Origin: a virus
Taxonomy: Duplodnaviria > Caudoviricetes
Length of the DNA: 60,134 bases
Reading direction: 5' to 3' (one strand)
IMG/VR virus record: IMGVR_UViG_3300028025_004184
Coordinates: 1 to 60,134 of that record
The notes below the pieces were generated by a model that saw only the letters and a list, made by a program, of their open reading frames with translations, did no database searches and was not told the DNA's origin. The translations under genes were made by a program, and so were the position numbers. This document shows positions 1-7,631 of the stretch, piece by piece. Numbering within the stretch: the first letter of the stretch is position 1; every line of letters starts with the position of its first letter.

Positions 1-131
1 AGGATAGCCATATTAATCTGGTCTAGTTGCGATCTTAAGTTTTTAGCCTCTTCACTTGTCCAGCCATAAAACTCAACGTAAACATCTAATTTCTTTTCGA
101 TTGTTTCAACTTTTGCTTGTAAATCTTTCAT
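1..131 (-). CDS. hypothetical early protein, truncated by the window edge (MKDLQAKVETIEKKLDVY...)
   Basis: ATG at 131 with AAAGGA RBS, sigma70-like promoter upstream, frame open to position 1. Confidence 0.6.
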   Translation of the reverse strand, partial: MKDLQAKVETIEKKLDVYVEFYGWTSEEAKNLRSQLDQINMAI

Positions 132-169
132 ATAATTTCCTTTGTTTTGTTGTTCGTTTCCTTAAAGAG

Positions 170-198
170 ATATTACCAGAAATGAAATAATGCGTCAA
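170..198 (-). promoter_or_regulatory. sigma70-type promoter
   Basis: TTGACG-N17-TAATAT on the minus strand with TG extended -10. Confidence 0.65.
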
Positions 199-231
199 CA
201 ACAAAGTGACAATCTCCTAACTTTTTTATAG

Positions 232-245
232 CACCCTCATATAAT
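232..245 (+). promoter_or_regulatory. variant of the phage late-promoter motif upstream of ncRNA A
   Basis: CACCCTCATATAAT, one mismatch to CACCCTTATA. Confidence 0.4.
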
Positions 246-269
246 GAGGATAAAGACTCGCATTGACTT

Positions 270-643
270 TAGTCGGGACCGTGAAAAAAAGCAGACCTTA
301 GACCTTTTAAGCTCTGTCAGCGTATGCCCCTGAGATAGCATAACTTGTCATCGTGGGATAATGAGACAAGCGGAATGCCCCTAAATCAATGACAATTTAC
401 GCCAAGGTTGATGAAACGAGACTAGTTGGCACAGACTTTGCAAGGAAAGTGTTGAGTACTTGGAAAGGCATAAAACGGCATGTCAAGCAATGACAGCTTA
501 GTTCTTTTGCGCCCTATTGTCAAATTAAAATCATTTATAAAGGAAAACAGCCTAGGCATAACCTAAGCTGTTTTAAAGGTAGGATAAGACTCGCCACCAG
601 CGTTTTGACGGCCTGAAAGGGCCTCTGGTGACTTGCCCGACTA
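270..643 (+). ncRNA. putative structured ncRNA A (family unidentified)
   Basis: Closing helix TAGTCGGG (270-277)/CCCGACTA (636-643), several internal hairpins, no long ORF, motifs shared with 40699-40960. Confidence 0.55.
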
Positions 644-651
644 GTAGTGTA

Positions 652-744
652 TTAGTTGATCTCGAAGGCTTTGAGCAAAAGCTCTGATCTTGAGATTATG
701 TTAAGTGTTATTAAAAGTATCACTAAGCCTATGTAATTTCTCAT
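652..744 (-). CDS. 30-aa hydrophobic peptide (MRNYIGLVILLITLNIISRSELLLKAFEIN)
   Basis: AAGGGG RBS and sigma70-like promoter at 766-794; below the ORF track cutoff. Confidence 0.45.
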   Translation of the reverse strand: MRNYIGLVILLITLNIISRSELLLKAFEIN

Positions 745-765
745 ATTATCCCCTTGCTTAAAACA

Positions 766-794
766 ATATTACATCACAACGCATCAAAATACAA
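766..794 (-). promoter_or_regulatory. sigma70-type promoter
   Basis: TTGTAT-N17-TAATAT. Confidence 0.5.
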
Positions 795-863
795 TAGCCA
801 AACAAAATAAAGTTTTGTCAAGCCATTTATTTGCAATCTTGAAAATAATTCCCTTGACAAGCA

Positions 864-1092
864 TTGGCACGAGTCTTGCATTAGCAAAGCCAATTACCAG
901 CGTATATTCTTGCAAAGAAAATGTTTTGGCATGGCTTTTGCGTTATTGCATTGCTTTCCAGAAATGCTATAATAAGTTAACACCAGCGAAACAAGGCAAG
1001 TTGGATAAAAGAGCCTGACAGTAATCAAGATTAGGGGAAAAGCAAGCAAAAAAAAATAGGCAAGAAACTTGCATCTGCAAGGCCCATGCCAA
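864..1092. promoter_or_regulatory. cluster of sigma54 (-24/-12) consensus sites
   Basis: TTGGCACGAGTCTTGCA 864-880 +, TTGGCATGGCTTTTGCG 926-942 +, TAGGCAAGAAACTTGCA 1057-1073 +, TTGGCATGGGCCTTGCA 1076-1092 -; all GG-N10-GC. Confidence 0.65.
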
Positions 1093-1095
1093 GCT

Positions 1096-1117
1096 AAAAA
1101 AGCTCCCCGAAGGGAGC
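1096..1117 (-). terminator. intrinsic terminator
   Basis: GCTCCC-TTCG-GGGAGC then T6 on the minus strand, just after ORF 1133-1378. Confidence 0.8.
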
Positions 1118-1132
1118 GTAGCGACTGGAGAG

Positions 1133-1378
1133 TTAAACCATCGCCATAGCTGATTTTAGCACGTTGGGCTTAAGGATAGCGTCTGTTAGCATTTGGAGTT
1201 GATTCTTGTCTTCAAGTTCCATGCCAAAGTGGTTGAACAGCATATCATTGACCAGATCAGTCTCGTTGCCTCGCCACCCAAGTTCGTCAAGCTCATAGTC
1301 AAGGTCTGAAAACATTGCCAAGAATTGTTGGCGTTGTTGCTTGTTTAGTCTCTTAAGTATTTGTAATAAATAAATCAT
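1133..1378 (-). CDS. hypothetical early protein
   Basis: ORF with AGAGGA RBS. Confidence 0.7.
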   Translation of the reverse strand: MIYLLQILKRLNKQQRQQFLAMFSDLDYELDELGWRGNETDLVNDMLFNHFGMELEDKNQLQMLTDAILKPNVLKSAMAMV

Positions 1379-1400
1379 GTTGATCCTCTTTGTTTAGTAA

Positions 1401-1598
1401 TTAAATCTTGTTTACTAGCCAGTAAAAACTCTTATTTTGCTCTTCAATATCTTTGCTAGGCTTTGTTACTGGAATGTCCACCATGTTTGATTGATGGTCA
1501 TCAGCCAAAACTTGATAATTACCATCTGAAAGTAAAACAAGCCTGACATAATCCTTTTGAGAAATTGAATATTCTTTTTTAAGTGTAGCGTAGTTCAT
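1401..1598 (-). CDS. hypothetical early protein
   Basis: ORF with AAGGGG RBS and its own promoter. Confidence 0.7.
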   Translation of the reverse strand: MNYATLKKEYSISQKDYVRLVLLSDGNYQVLADDHQSNMVDIPVTKPSKDIEEQNKSFYWLVNKI

Positions 1599-1629
1599 TT
1601 ATTTCCCCTTTGTTTTTTCGTCCTATGTC

Positions 1630-1657
1630 ATTGTACCACACTGACAGGTAGCGTCAA
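1630..1657 (-). promoter_or_regulatory. sigma70-type promoter
   Basis: TTGACG-N16-TACAAT with TG extended -10. Confidence 0.6.
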
Positions 1658-1660
1658 GCT

Positions 1661-1933
1661 TTATTTGTTAAGCTCATCTAGTTCGTCCTGTAGGTTAAAC
1701 TTTTGCTTTCTCAGCTCATAAAACTTAATTTGTAGCAGTCTAGTGGTTTCCGAGAAAGATGGCATGTCCTTTGAAGGCATTGGAAAAAAATCTCTCTCGT
1801 AAAGCCCCATGGCATTTAATATCTTTTGAATGGCATCTAGTTCGTGCTGTAGTCTTGCGATATTACACTGCAACGTGCTTTTCTTTTGCACTTGTGACAT
1901 GTTTAGTATAAACTCTTTTGTTGGCGTTTGCAT
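1661..1933 (-). CDS. hypothetical early coiled-coil protein
   Basis: ORF with AAGGGG RBS and its own promoter. Confidence 0.7.
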   Translation of the reverse strand: MQTPTKEFILNMSQVQKKSTLQCNIARLQHELDAIQKILNAMGLYERDFFPMPSKDMPSFSETTRLLQIKFYELRKQKFNLQDELDELNK

Positions 1934-1966
1934 TGTGTTCCCCTTGTTGTTGTCTTGATATACCTC

Positions 1967-1994
1967 ATTGTATCACACTGCATTAATTCTGCAA
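1967..1994 (-). promoter_or_regulatory. sigma70-type promoter
   Basis: TTGCAG-N16-TACAAT; shares CAGTGTG-TACAATGA with the 1630-1657 promoter. Confidence 0.55.
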
Positions 1995-2175
1995 CTTCAA
2001 TGACTTAGACGTTTCCTCCAGTGTTATCAACAACTTAGCAGGATAAAATCTTTAGAATAAACTGCTAAAGCATTGTAAACACACTTTTTGCTAAGCTAAG
2101 CTATTGAATTTCAAAGATTCTTTGATTTTATGTTTTTTGCTATAATTTAGGAGTGAGATAAACAAAGGGGAGAAT

Positions 2176-2295
2176 ATGAAAGAATATTTTGTTATCTTTG
2201 ATGCGAATGATAAAGTGATTGCCTATGTTGACCGTAAAGGTCTAAACGATTGGCTTGAAAATGTAGAAGGTGAGTGGTATTACACTATGGCATAA
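2176..2295 (+). CDS. 39-aa protein (MKEYFVIFDANDKVIAYVDRKGLNDWLENVEGEWYYTMA)
   Basis: AAGGGGAG RBS; TGcTATAAT extended -10 at 2138-2146; below the ORF track cutoff. Confidence 0.6.
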   Translation: MKEYFVIFDANDKVIAYVDRKGLNDWLENVEGEWYYTMA

Positions 2296-2398
2296 TAATT
2301 GCATAAGCAAGAACCATGCCAAGGAAGGCAAGGCTTCTGGCACGAAGCTTGCAAGTGCAAGATCAATGCCAAGCCAACCCATGCAAGGCTGATGCCAA
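2287..2398. promoter_or_regulatory. second cluster of sigma54 consensus sites
   Basis: Sites at 2287-2303 +, 2306-2322 -, 2337-2353 + (CTGGCACGAAGCTTGCA), 2356-2372 -, 2382-2398 -. Confidence 0.7.
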
Positions 2399-2418
2399 GC
2401 CGGAGCCAGCCAAGGGCA

Positions 2419-2431
2419 GGGGGGGGGGGGG
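2419..2431 (+). repeat. G13 homopolymer
   Basis: 13 consecutive G. Confidence 0.9.
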
Positions 2432-2495
2432 ATTAGAGTGTGGAGATGGATGTGAATATGCTTCACAATATATTTCCCACTTTATAGTTAGTCTG

Positions 2496-2726
2496 TCACA
2501 ACAATTCTAGCTCAAGGCTACTTAGCTCATCAATCACTGACCAGTCGCTAGGATAAAGATATACGGTACGCCCATCCTCATTATTCGACACAATCACAGC
2601 TGGGTAGTAAATATCCTCTCCAGACGCTCTAGCTTCGGCCACAATCCTAACTATGTAGGTATCCTCGTTCCAAGGGTCATACAGGGAATGCTTGATCTTA
2701 TAGACCCTATTAACCTGCAATTTCAT
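2496..2726 (-). CDS. small protein, C-terminus SSLELELL
   Basis: Member of a chain of overlapping ORFs. Confidence 0.75.
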   Translation of the reverse strand: MKLQVNRVYKIKHSLYDPWNEDTYIVRIVAEARASGEDIYYPAVIVSNNEDGRTVYLYPSDWSVIDELSSLELELL

Positions 2727-2938
2727 AGCAGCTCCACTTCCAAGGAGGTGAGCTTAACGACGTTATCCCAGTATGAGGGGGTAATAGCCACTATGCCGTA
2801 GTTATAGCCACTATCTGAGCTTAACTTACATTTGTAGGATTCGCTAAGACTATCTTCAATTTTATTAAGGGTATAGACTATGTATATGTCAATAGGTATG
2901 AGATCTTGCCAGACTTTATAATAAGTATTTAATTCCAT
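2723..2938 (-). CDS. small protein, C-terminus TSLEVELL
   Basis: ATGA overlap; resembles 2496-2726. Confidence 0.75.
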   Translation of the reverse strand: MELNTYYKVWQDLIPIDIYIVYTLNKIEDSLSESYKCKLSSDSGYNYGIVAITPSYWDNVVKLTSLEVELL

Positions 2939-3156
2939 TAATAAAGCTCCGCTTCCAGACTGGACAGCCTTCGTATCTCTACGTCATAGAAATAATAGCC
3001 CATTGGTATTAGAACCATTACTCCACCAAATGCGAACTCAATGTCAAAGTATCTATCATAGGAAAAGCCATATATGTAATTACAAGCAGTTATCCTAACT
3101 ACTTCGTCATTCATCCAGAACATATCATTCTCTTTAGTGTCTGGAGGAAAGCTCAC
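2938..3156 (-). CDS. small protein, C-terminus SSLEAELY
   Basis: Overlapping start/stop codons. Confidence 0.7.
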   Translation of the reverse strand: MSFPPDTKENDMFWMNDEVVRITACNYIYGFSYDRYFDIEFAFGGVMVLIPMGYYFYDVEIRRLSSLEAELY

Positions 3157-3353
3157 CCAAGTTCCTTTCCAAGAAGGGTTTTCCTGAATGTTAGCTCATC
3201 TTCTAAAGCCTTGACTTCCGTATAATACTCAGAACTCCACATAGCGTACATATCAAGCAATGTCTCTAAGTCATCAGTTTCTAATTGCATTATAGCACTT
3301 CTGTATTTAGAATAACTGCTTTCCGAGTCCTGTGTTTTTAAAGAAATGGACAT
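3153..3353 (-). CDS. small protein, C-terminus TLLGKELG
   Basis: ORF in the chain; true start may be further downstream. Confidence 0.65.
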   Translation of the reverse strand: MSISLKTQDSESSYSKYRSAIMQLETDDLETLLDMYAMWSSEYYTEVKALEDELTFRKTLLGKELG

Positions 3354-3552
3354 GCTTCTCAGCTCTCTTGTATTCTGGAGTATTATGGACTTGCCTATAA
3401 TCTCCGTATAATCGTTGGGTTAAAATTCTAGCATTAACGTCTTCAGTTATCTTATATGCTTTATCTAAAAGCATAAATTCCACACACTTATCAAATAGTA
3501 TTGTACTGGCTTCTTCGATTGACATCGTATTCCAGTTGGGTAATGTCGTCAA
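3307..3552 (-). CDS. small protein, C-terminus TGLGKQLF
   Basis: ATGA overlap. Confidence 0.7.
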   Translation of the reverse strand: MTTLPNWNTMSIEEASTILFDKCVEFMLLDKAYKITEDVNARILTQRLYGDYRQVHNTPEYKRAEKHVHFFKNTGLGKQLF

Positions 3553-3737
3553 TTCAATTCTTTTCCTAGTAGGGTAGAGTTTAGTCTGTCACGTATAAGC
3601 TTCGCTTCTTCCATAGCGTCTATAATCTCAATTGCTGTCATTCCAGATACTCTGTCTTCTAGAGTTTGCATATCTAGATCGCAAAATCCATTAGATACAA
3701 GGTGATGAACTAGCCAATCTTGTTGTTTCTGACTCAT
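3549..3737 (-). CDS. small protein, C-terminus TLLGKELN
   Basis: AAGGA RBS. Confidence 0.7.
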   Translation of the reverse strand: MSQKQQDWLVHHLVSNGFCDLDMQTLEDRVSGMTAIEIIDAMEEAKLIRDRLNSTLLGKELN

Positions 3738-3738
3738 A

Positions 3739-4095
3739 CTAATCCTTTATGGTTACAGTAAATCCTACAAGCTTACCGTCTTTCATCTTCTTTTTAACAC
3801 TAAATGAGCCACCTTGCAAGTGAGTATTTAATAAAACTCCTCTGCCCGGTAGGTATGGCCCAAGTTCCACGTTAGTCTCAGTGTCACCTACCATGTCAAA
3901 CGTCCTATCAATAGTATTAAAAGGATTTAGAGGGTCTTTTGGCGTTACATCCACTGTCTCACCTGTGGCAGGATCTAGCTCAACTACCTTACTTCCTGCG
4001 AAGAATTGGCAGTCTCCGATGAAGATTACCCCGCTTTGAATGCTGCCTTTGAGATCCACTTTATTTTTTCTTGATTTTTTAGTTTTATTTGTCAT
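3739..4095 (-). CDS. hypothetical protein
   Basis: AAGGAG RBS, ATGA overlap. Confidence 0.75.
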   Translation of the reverse strand: MTNKTKKSRKNKVDLKGSIQSGVIFIGDCQFFAGSKVVELDPATGETVDVTPKDPLNPFNTIDRTFDMVGDTETNVELGPYLPGRGVLLNTHLQGGSFSVKKKMKDGKLVGFTVTIKD

Positions 4096-4301
4096 AGCAA
4101 CTCCTTAATTAGGGATGGAGGGTCGAGTATTAGCGACTTCCTCAGTACAGTATATCCATCTTTATCAATATTTTTAAATACATAGCCTTCAGACTCACAA
4201 TACTCACAGAAGGCCATATAGCGTTTGAAGAACTCTGACCATATAACCTGACCTTCTACCAGATTATCCAGCTCTAATCCAACGGTCTTTTTCTTAGACA
4301 T
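4092..4301 (-). CDS. small protein, C-terminus PSLIKELL
   Basis: ORF in the chain. Confidence 0.7.
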   Translation of the reverse strand: MSKKKTVGLELDNLVEGQVIWSEFFKRYMAFCEYCESEGYVFKNIDKDGYTVLRKSLILDPPSLIKELL

Positions 4302-4576
4302 GATAATTTACCCTTAATGGTAGTGTTACTTGTAGTAATTTCAATGGATTCCTCTAATGCTTGCTCAGAAAGCTTCTTTCCAACGTGCTCTTTTAGGAAA
4401 TCCTCGAAGTCTGATGTCAAATATCTTTGATTTAGAACAGCTTGCTCATATTCAAAGGTAACAAGCCAGCGTTCTATCCAATCTTCCATGGCTCTTTCAC
4501 GCATTTCTGTACAGTTCCAGTGTTTTTGGTCTGTCATCTGTGCAATTTTACGTAATTCCTTCAAGGCATCTTTCAT
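4274..4576 (-). CDS. hypothetical protein
   Basis: ORF in the chain. Confidence 0.7.
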   Translation of the reverse strand: MKDALKELRKIAQMTDQKHWNCTEMRERAMEDWIERWLVTFEYEQAVLNQRYLTSDFEDFLKEHVGKKLSEQALEESIEITTSNTTIKGKLSCLRKRPLD

Positions 4577-4813
4577 TTATCTCAATTCTGCCAGCAATGG
4601 TTGATGTTTTTCTATATTATCCACAAAATCTTGGTATTGTCGCATAGTGCTCGGACTTACTAGGTAGATATAAGCGTCTTCTCTGTCATAATACCCAGAA
4701 GCATCCCATAAATAGGCTATATTATCTGGAATATATAGCTGACACTGGACTTCTTTTCCAGAAAAATAGATGTGTCGTAGGTTCTCAGTTGTTATCTTTA
4801 GCATATCTGTCAC
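4577..4813 (-). CDS. small protein, C-terminus QPLLAELR
   Basis: ORF abutting the next gene. Confidence 0.65.
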   Translation of the reverse strand: MTDMLKITTENLRHIYFSGKEVQCQLYIPDNIAYLWDASGYYDREDAYIYLVSPSTMRQYQDFVDNIEKHQPLLAELR

Positions 4814-5198
4814 TTTTTATCTAGTTGCCTATACTTTTATCTGTCACTAGCACAGGAATTTTGCTACACCTTCAAATTGGTATGTGTCACTCTTCTGAGT
4901 CTTCAGAAAGCCCAAAATTGGCTGGTCCGAAGTTTTGTAGATTATAATGCATTACTATTGCCTTTGCAAGCTCGTTAGCATTGTGACGGACTAATTCCTC
5001 GTTGCCTGAGAAATCCCATAGAACTAGCTCGGTTATCATAACCCCAACTGGCATTATTAGTCTCTTTTGTTTTTTTAACGCATTACGCTTAGTTTTTTGT
5101 TTTCTCATGCTACTACTTAAGGGGGTTATATCACAAATCAGGAGATTTGAAAAGGTAGGACTTTCAGGTGCGATTTTGATGCAGGAAGCAACAAAGAG

Positions 5199-5208
5199 CA
5201 CCCTTATA
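5199..5208 (+). promoter_or_regulatory. putative phage late promoter
   Basis: CACCCTTATA at the start of the plus-strand block, 4 nt before an ATG. Confidence 0.6.
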
Positions 5209-5212
5209 AGAT

Positions 5213-5470
5213 ATGGGAAAAGCAAAGAAAGATGAATATAATGAAGAAACCTTATCAGGATTGCTAACTGGAGCATTTGAGGCTATACTTCCAGAAAGGA
5301 AGGAAAGAGATAAAACTCCAGAAGAGCTTCGTGATGAGGAGTTGAAGTATGAGCTTAGAAAATCCGCATTAGGTAAAACTGCCGGATGGGGAGACTATAA
5401 GTTTAATTGGGAAGAAGAAAGAGATAAAAAACTAAACTTACCTGTAAAGCCTAGAAAGTATAAAGATTAG
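5213..5470 (+). CDS. hypothetical charged protein
   Basis: First ORF of the plus-strand block. Confidence 0.7.
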   Translation: MGKAKKDEYNEETLSGLLTGAFEAILPERKERDKTPEELRDEELKYELRKSALGKTAGWGDYKFNWEEERDKKLNLPVKPRKYKD

Positions 5471-5472
5471 AT

Positions 5473-5727
5473 ATGAAAAAGAAAAGATGGTCTAGCTTAA
5501 AAGAAAAGCTTTCTTGTAATAGTCCGAAGAGAACCTCTGGCGAAAATAAGTCTTGGGTTGTTAAGGGTTGTGAAGGCGGAGAAGAGAAGATCGTAAGATT
5601 TGGCGATCCTAACATGCCAGATAAGTCATATGTCGCAGAACGTAGAAAAAATTTTCGTGCTCGCCACAACTGTGACGAGAAAAAATCAAAACTTAAGGCT
5701 GGTTACTGGTCTTGTAAAAAGTGGTAA
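5473..5727 (+). CDS. small basic phage protein
   Basis: VRFGDPNM...RRKNFRARHNC...AGYWSCKKW, a pattern I recall from many phage head modules. Confidence 0.75.
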   Translation: MKKKRWSSLKEKLSCNSPKRTSGENKSWVVKGCEGGEEKIVRFGDPNMPDKSYVAERRKNFRARHNCDEKKSKLKAGYWSCKKW

Positions 5728-5730
5728 TCA

Positions 5731-6540
5731 ATGTCTAGTGTAAGAAAAAAAGCTCTTGAAGATTTTGCTAAAGATGTGGAAAGAGGGATACCTCTAGCAG
5801 AGGATTACGTTGGAAAAACAGGCGATATTTATGATGACGCACTTCGAGCTAGAAATTTAGCGGAAGAATCATTGGCTCAAAAAGTATTGGATAATACTTC
5901 TATACCTATTCCGGATAGAAACGCTCCATTGTCTAAAAAAGAAGACTTCCTAAATCAAATGCTGCAAGGTCAGTACCCAGAATTAAAAAAGCAAGTGCAA
6001 TTTAAAGATATGCAGGGTAATCTTGGGTTATATGATAAAGGTAATATATATCTTAATAAAGAAATGGCAAAAAATAGAAGCCCTCAAAAATTAGTGGCCG
6101 ATACTTTCCATGAAGGCGGTCACGCATACGACGATGTTAAAAAACTTGTAACTCCTGATCAAGTTGAGGATTTTAATAAAGAACTTAGAAAATTAAAAGC
6201 TTCCGGCTTTGATTTAAAAAATGCTGATCCAGCGCAGATATATGAACTTATTGCCAATAAGCATCATGCTCAAGTACCAAATTTACGTGAAGGTACTTTT
6301 GGTCTAGGTGCTCTTAAGTCATATCTAAAGTCTGGCACATTTAAAGCTTTACCATTCGTTGGTCCAGCAATTGGTGCAGCTGCTGCCTTATCTTCTGGAG
6401 ACGCATCTGCTGCAGTTCCAATTCTTTCAGAGGCTGAGTCTTTAGGCCCTGAAAAAGGTTCTGAAGATTATGAGATTGAGAATCCACAAAGAAATCCAGA
6501 AGCTAGACGAGCTGCTTTAGAAAAGTTAATGAGGAAGTAG
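5731..6540 (+). CDS. putative zincin metallopeptidase-domain protein with shared C-terminal tag
   Basis: GLYDKGNIYLN...FHEGGHAY (HExxH); C-terminal hydrophobic segment and ARRAALEKL. Confidence 0.65.
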   Translation: MSSVRKKALEDFAKDVERGIPLAEDYVGKTGDIYDDALRARNLAEESLAQKVLDNTSIPIPDRNAPLSKKEDFLNQMLQGQYPELKKQVQFKDMQGNLGLYDKGNIYLNKEMAKNRSPQKLVADTFHEGGHAYDDVKKLVTPDQVEDFNKELRKLKASGFDLKNADPAQIYELIANKHHAQVPNLREGTFGLGALKSYLKSGTFKALPFVGPAIGAAAALSSGDASAAVPILSEAESLGPEKGSEDYEIENPQRNPEARRAALEKLMRK

Positions 6541-6541
6541 C

Positions 6542-7630
6542 ATGGCAGAAGATAATGTAGGAAAGAAACTATTAAAACAAACTGATGTTCTAAATAAAGA
6601 TACTTCAGCAAAAATTCAAGCATTAAAAGAAATAAGAAATACTCAAGATTTTAAATATGGAAATTTAGCAAAAGCTTTAAAAGAAGAAATTTTAAATACA
6701 ATTCCAGAAGGATCTATTACAGCTAAAGATTTTTCTAAAATTGATAAAGCTATTAAAGAAATCCCAGAAAATGAAATTCTAGATCTGTATAATAGATTTA
6801 CAAGTTTGCCGGATGAAGAAAGACGTAAATATAGAATAGGTTCTGGGGCTTTCAAAAACGCTTATCAATTACCAGATTCTGATATTGTACTTAAAACTAG
6901 TCCGGCAGAGAAAAATCTTAATATTTTAGAAAAAGATTATTTAACTCATAAAATTACAAACAAACTTGGAAAAAGAGGAGATATAGAAACTCCTATGCTT
7001 GTAAAATCTCCAGATAAAGAGGCAGTTTTAATGCAGAGGAGACTTGTAACCCCTGATGATATTTTAAAATTTAAGAACGCCGCTGGAGATTCTGGAATAA
7101 CTAAAATTAATCCAGAATTTTATGATAAAGCTTCTTTTGGTGGAGGACTTCAAGGAGAGATAGATAATTTAATTAAGGGATATACACCAACTTCTATGCC
7201 AGAAGATGTCCATGCAGGAAATGTAGGAATAGATCCAGTTACAAATAAAATGAAAATTTTTGATACTTTAGGCTCTGTAGATGCGATGGATGTTGTAGAA
7301 AAAAAAGCTACTAGACTTTCTAATATACTTAATAATTTAAAGAAACCTACTATTTATCGCTCAATTCCTATCATTGGTCCAGCTGCTGGATTAGGACTAG
7401 CTGCTATGTCTGGAGATGCGTCTGCTGGCATTCCTATTTTATCAGAAGCTGACGAATTAGGAAATCCCGATGAAGAAAAAGCAATGCTTCGTGATATTAA
7501 TCAAAAAAATAGAGAGAAGAAAATACTCCAAGCTATTCCAGAACAAAATCGTGTAGCTGTAGAAAAAGATCTAGAGGATCAAAGACTTGGGGTTAGACGT
7601 TCTGCAATAGAGGACTTATTAAGGAAATAA
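6542..7630 (+). CDS. putative protein-kinase-like fold protein with shared C-terminal tag
   Basis: IGSGAFKNAY (Gly loop), IVLK (catalytic Lys), DVHAGNV (catalytic loop), KIFD (DFG equivalent). Confidence 0.7.
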   Translation: MAEDNVGKKLLKQTDVLNKDTSAKIQALKEIRNTQDFKYGNLAKALKEEILNTIPEGSITAKDFSKIDKAIKEIPENEILDLYNRFTSLPDEERRKYRIGSGAFKNAYQLPDSDIVLKTSPAEKNLNILEKDYLTHKITNKLGKRGDIETPMLVKSPDKEAVLMQRRLVTPDDILKFKNAAGDSGITKINPEFYDKASFGGGLQGEIDNLIKGYTPTSMPEDVHAGNVGIDPVTNKMKIFDTLGSVDAMDVVEKKATRLSNILNNLKKPTIYRSIPIIGPAAGLGLAAMSGDASAGIPILSEADELGNPDEEKAMLRDINQKNREKKILQAIPEQNRVAVEKDLEDQRLGVRRSAIEDLLRK

Positions 7631-7631
7631 T

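Noticed and set aside
405-470. TTGATGA...GAAA resembling a hammerhead core
   Set aside because: Core reads TTGATGA rather than CTGANGA and I could not build the three stems
553-569. Extra sigma54-like site TAGGCATAACCTAAGCT
   Set aside because: Lacks TTGC and is explained by a hairpin of ncRNA A
815-1018. 67-aa plus-strand ORF
   Set aside because: TTG start, no RBS, overlaps the sigma54-like sites; probably not coding
2242-2510. ORFs 2242-2466 (-) and 2316-2510 (+)
   Set aside because: Their translations mirror the palindromic sites and the poly-G tract; no convincing RBS
4887-5669. ORFs 4887-5276 (-), 5002-5235 (+), 5451-5669 (-)
   Set aside because: They overlap better-supported genes or the strand-switch promoter region; a shorter minus-strand gene from ATG 5108 remains possible but is unsupported
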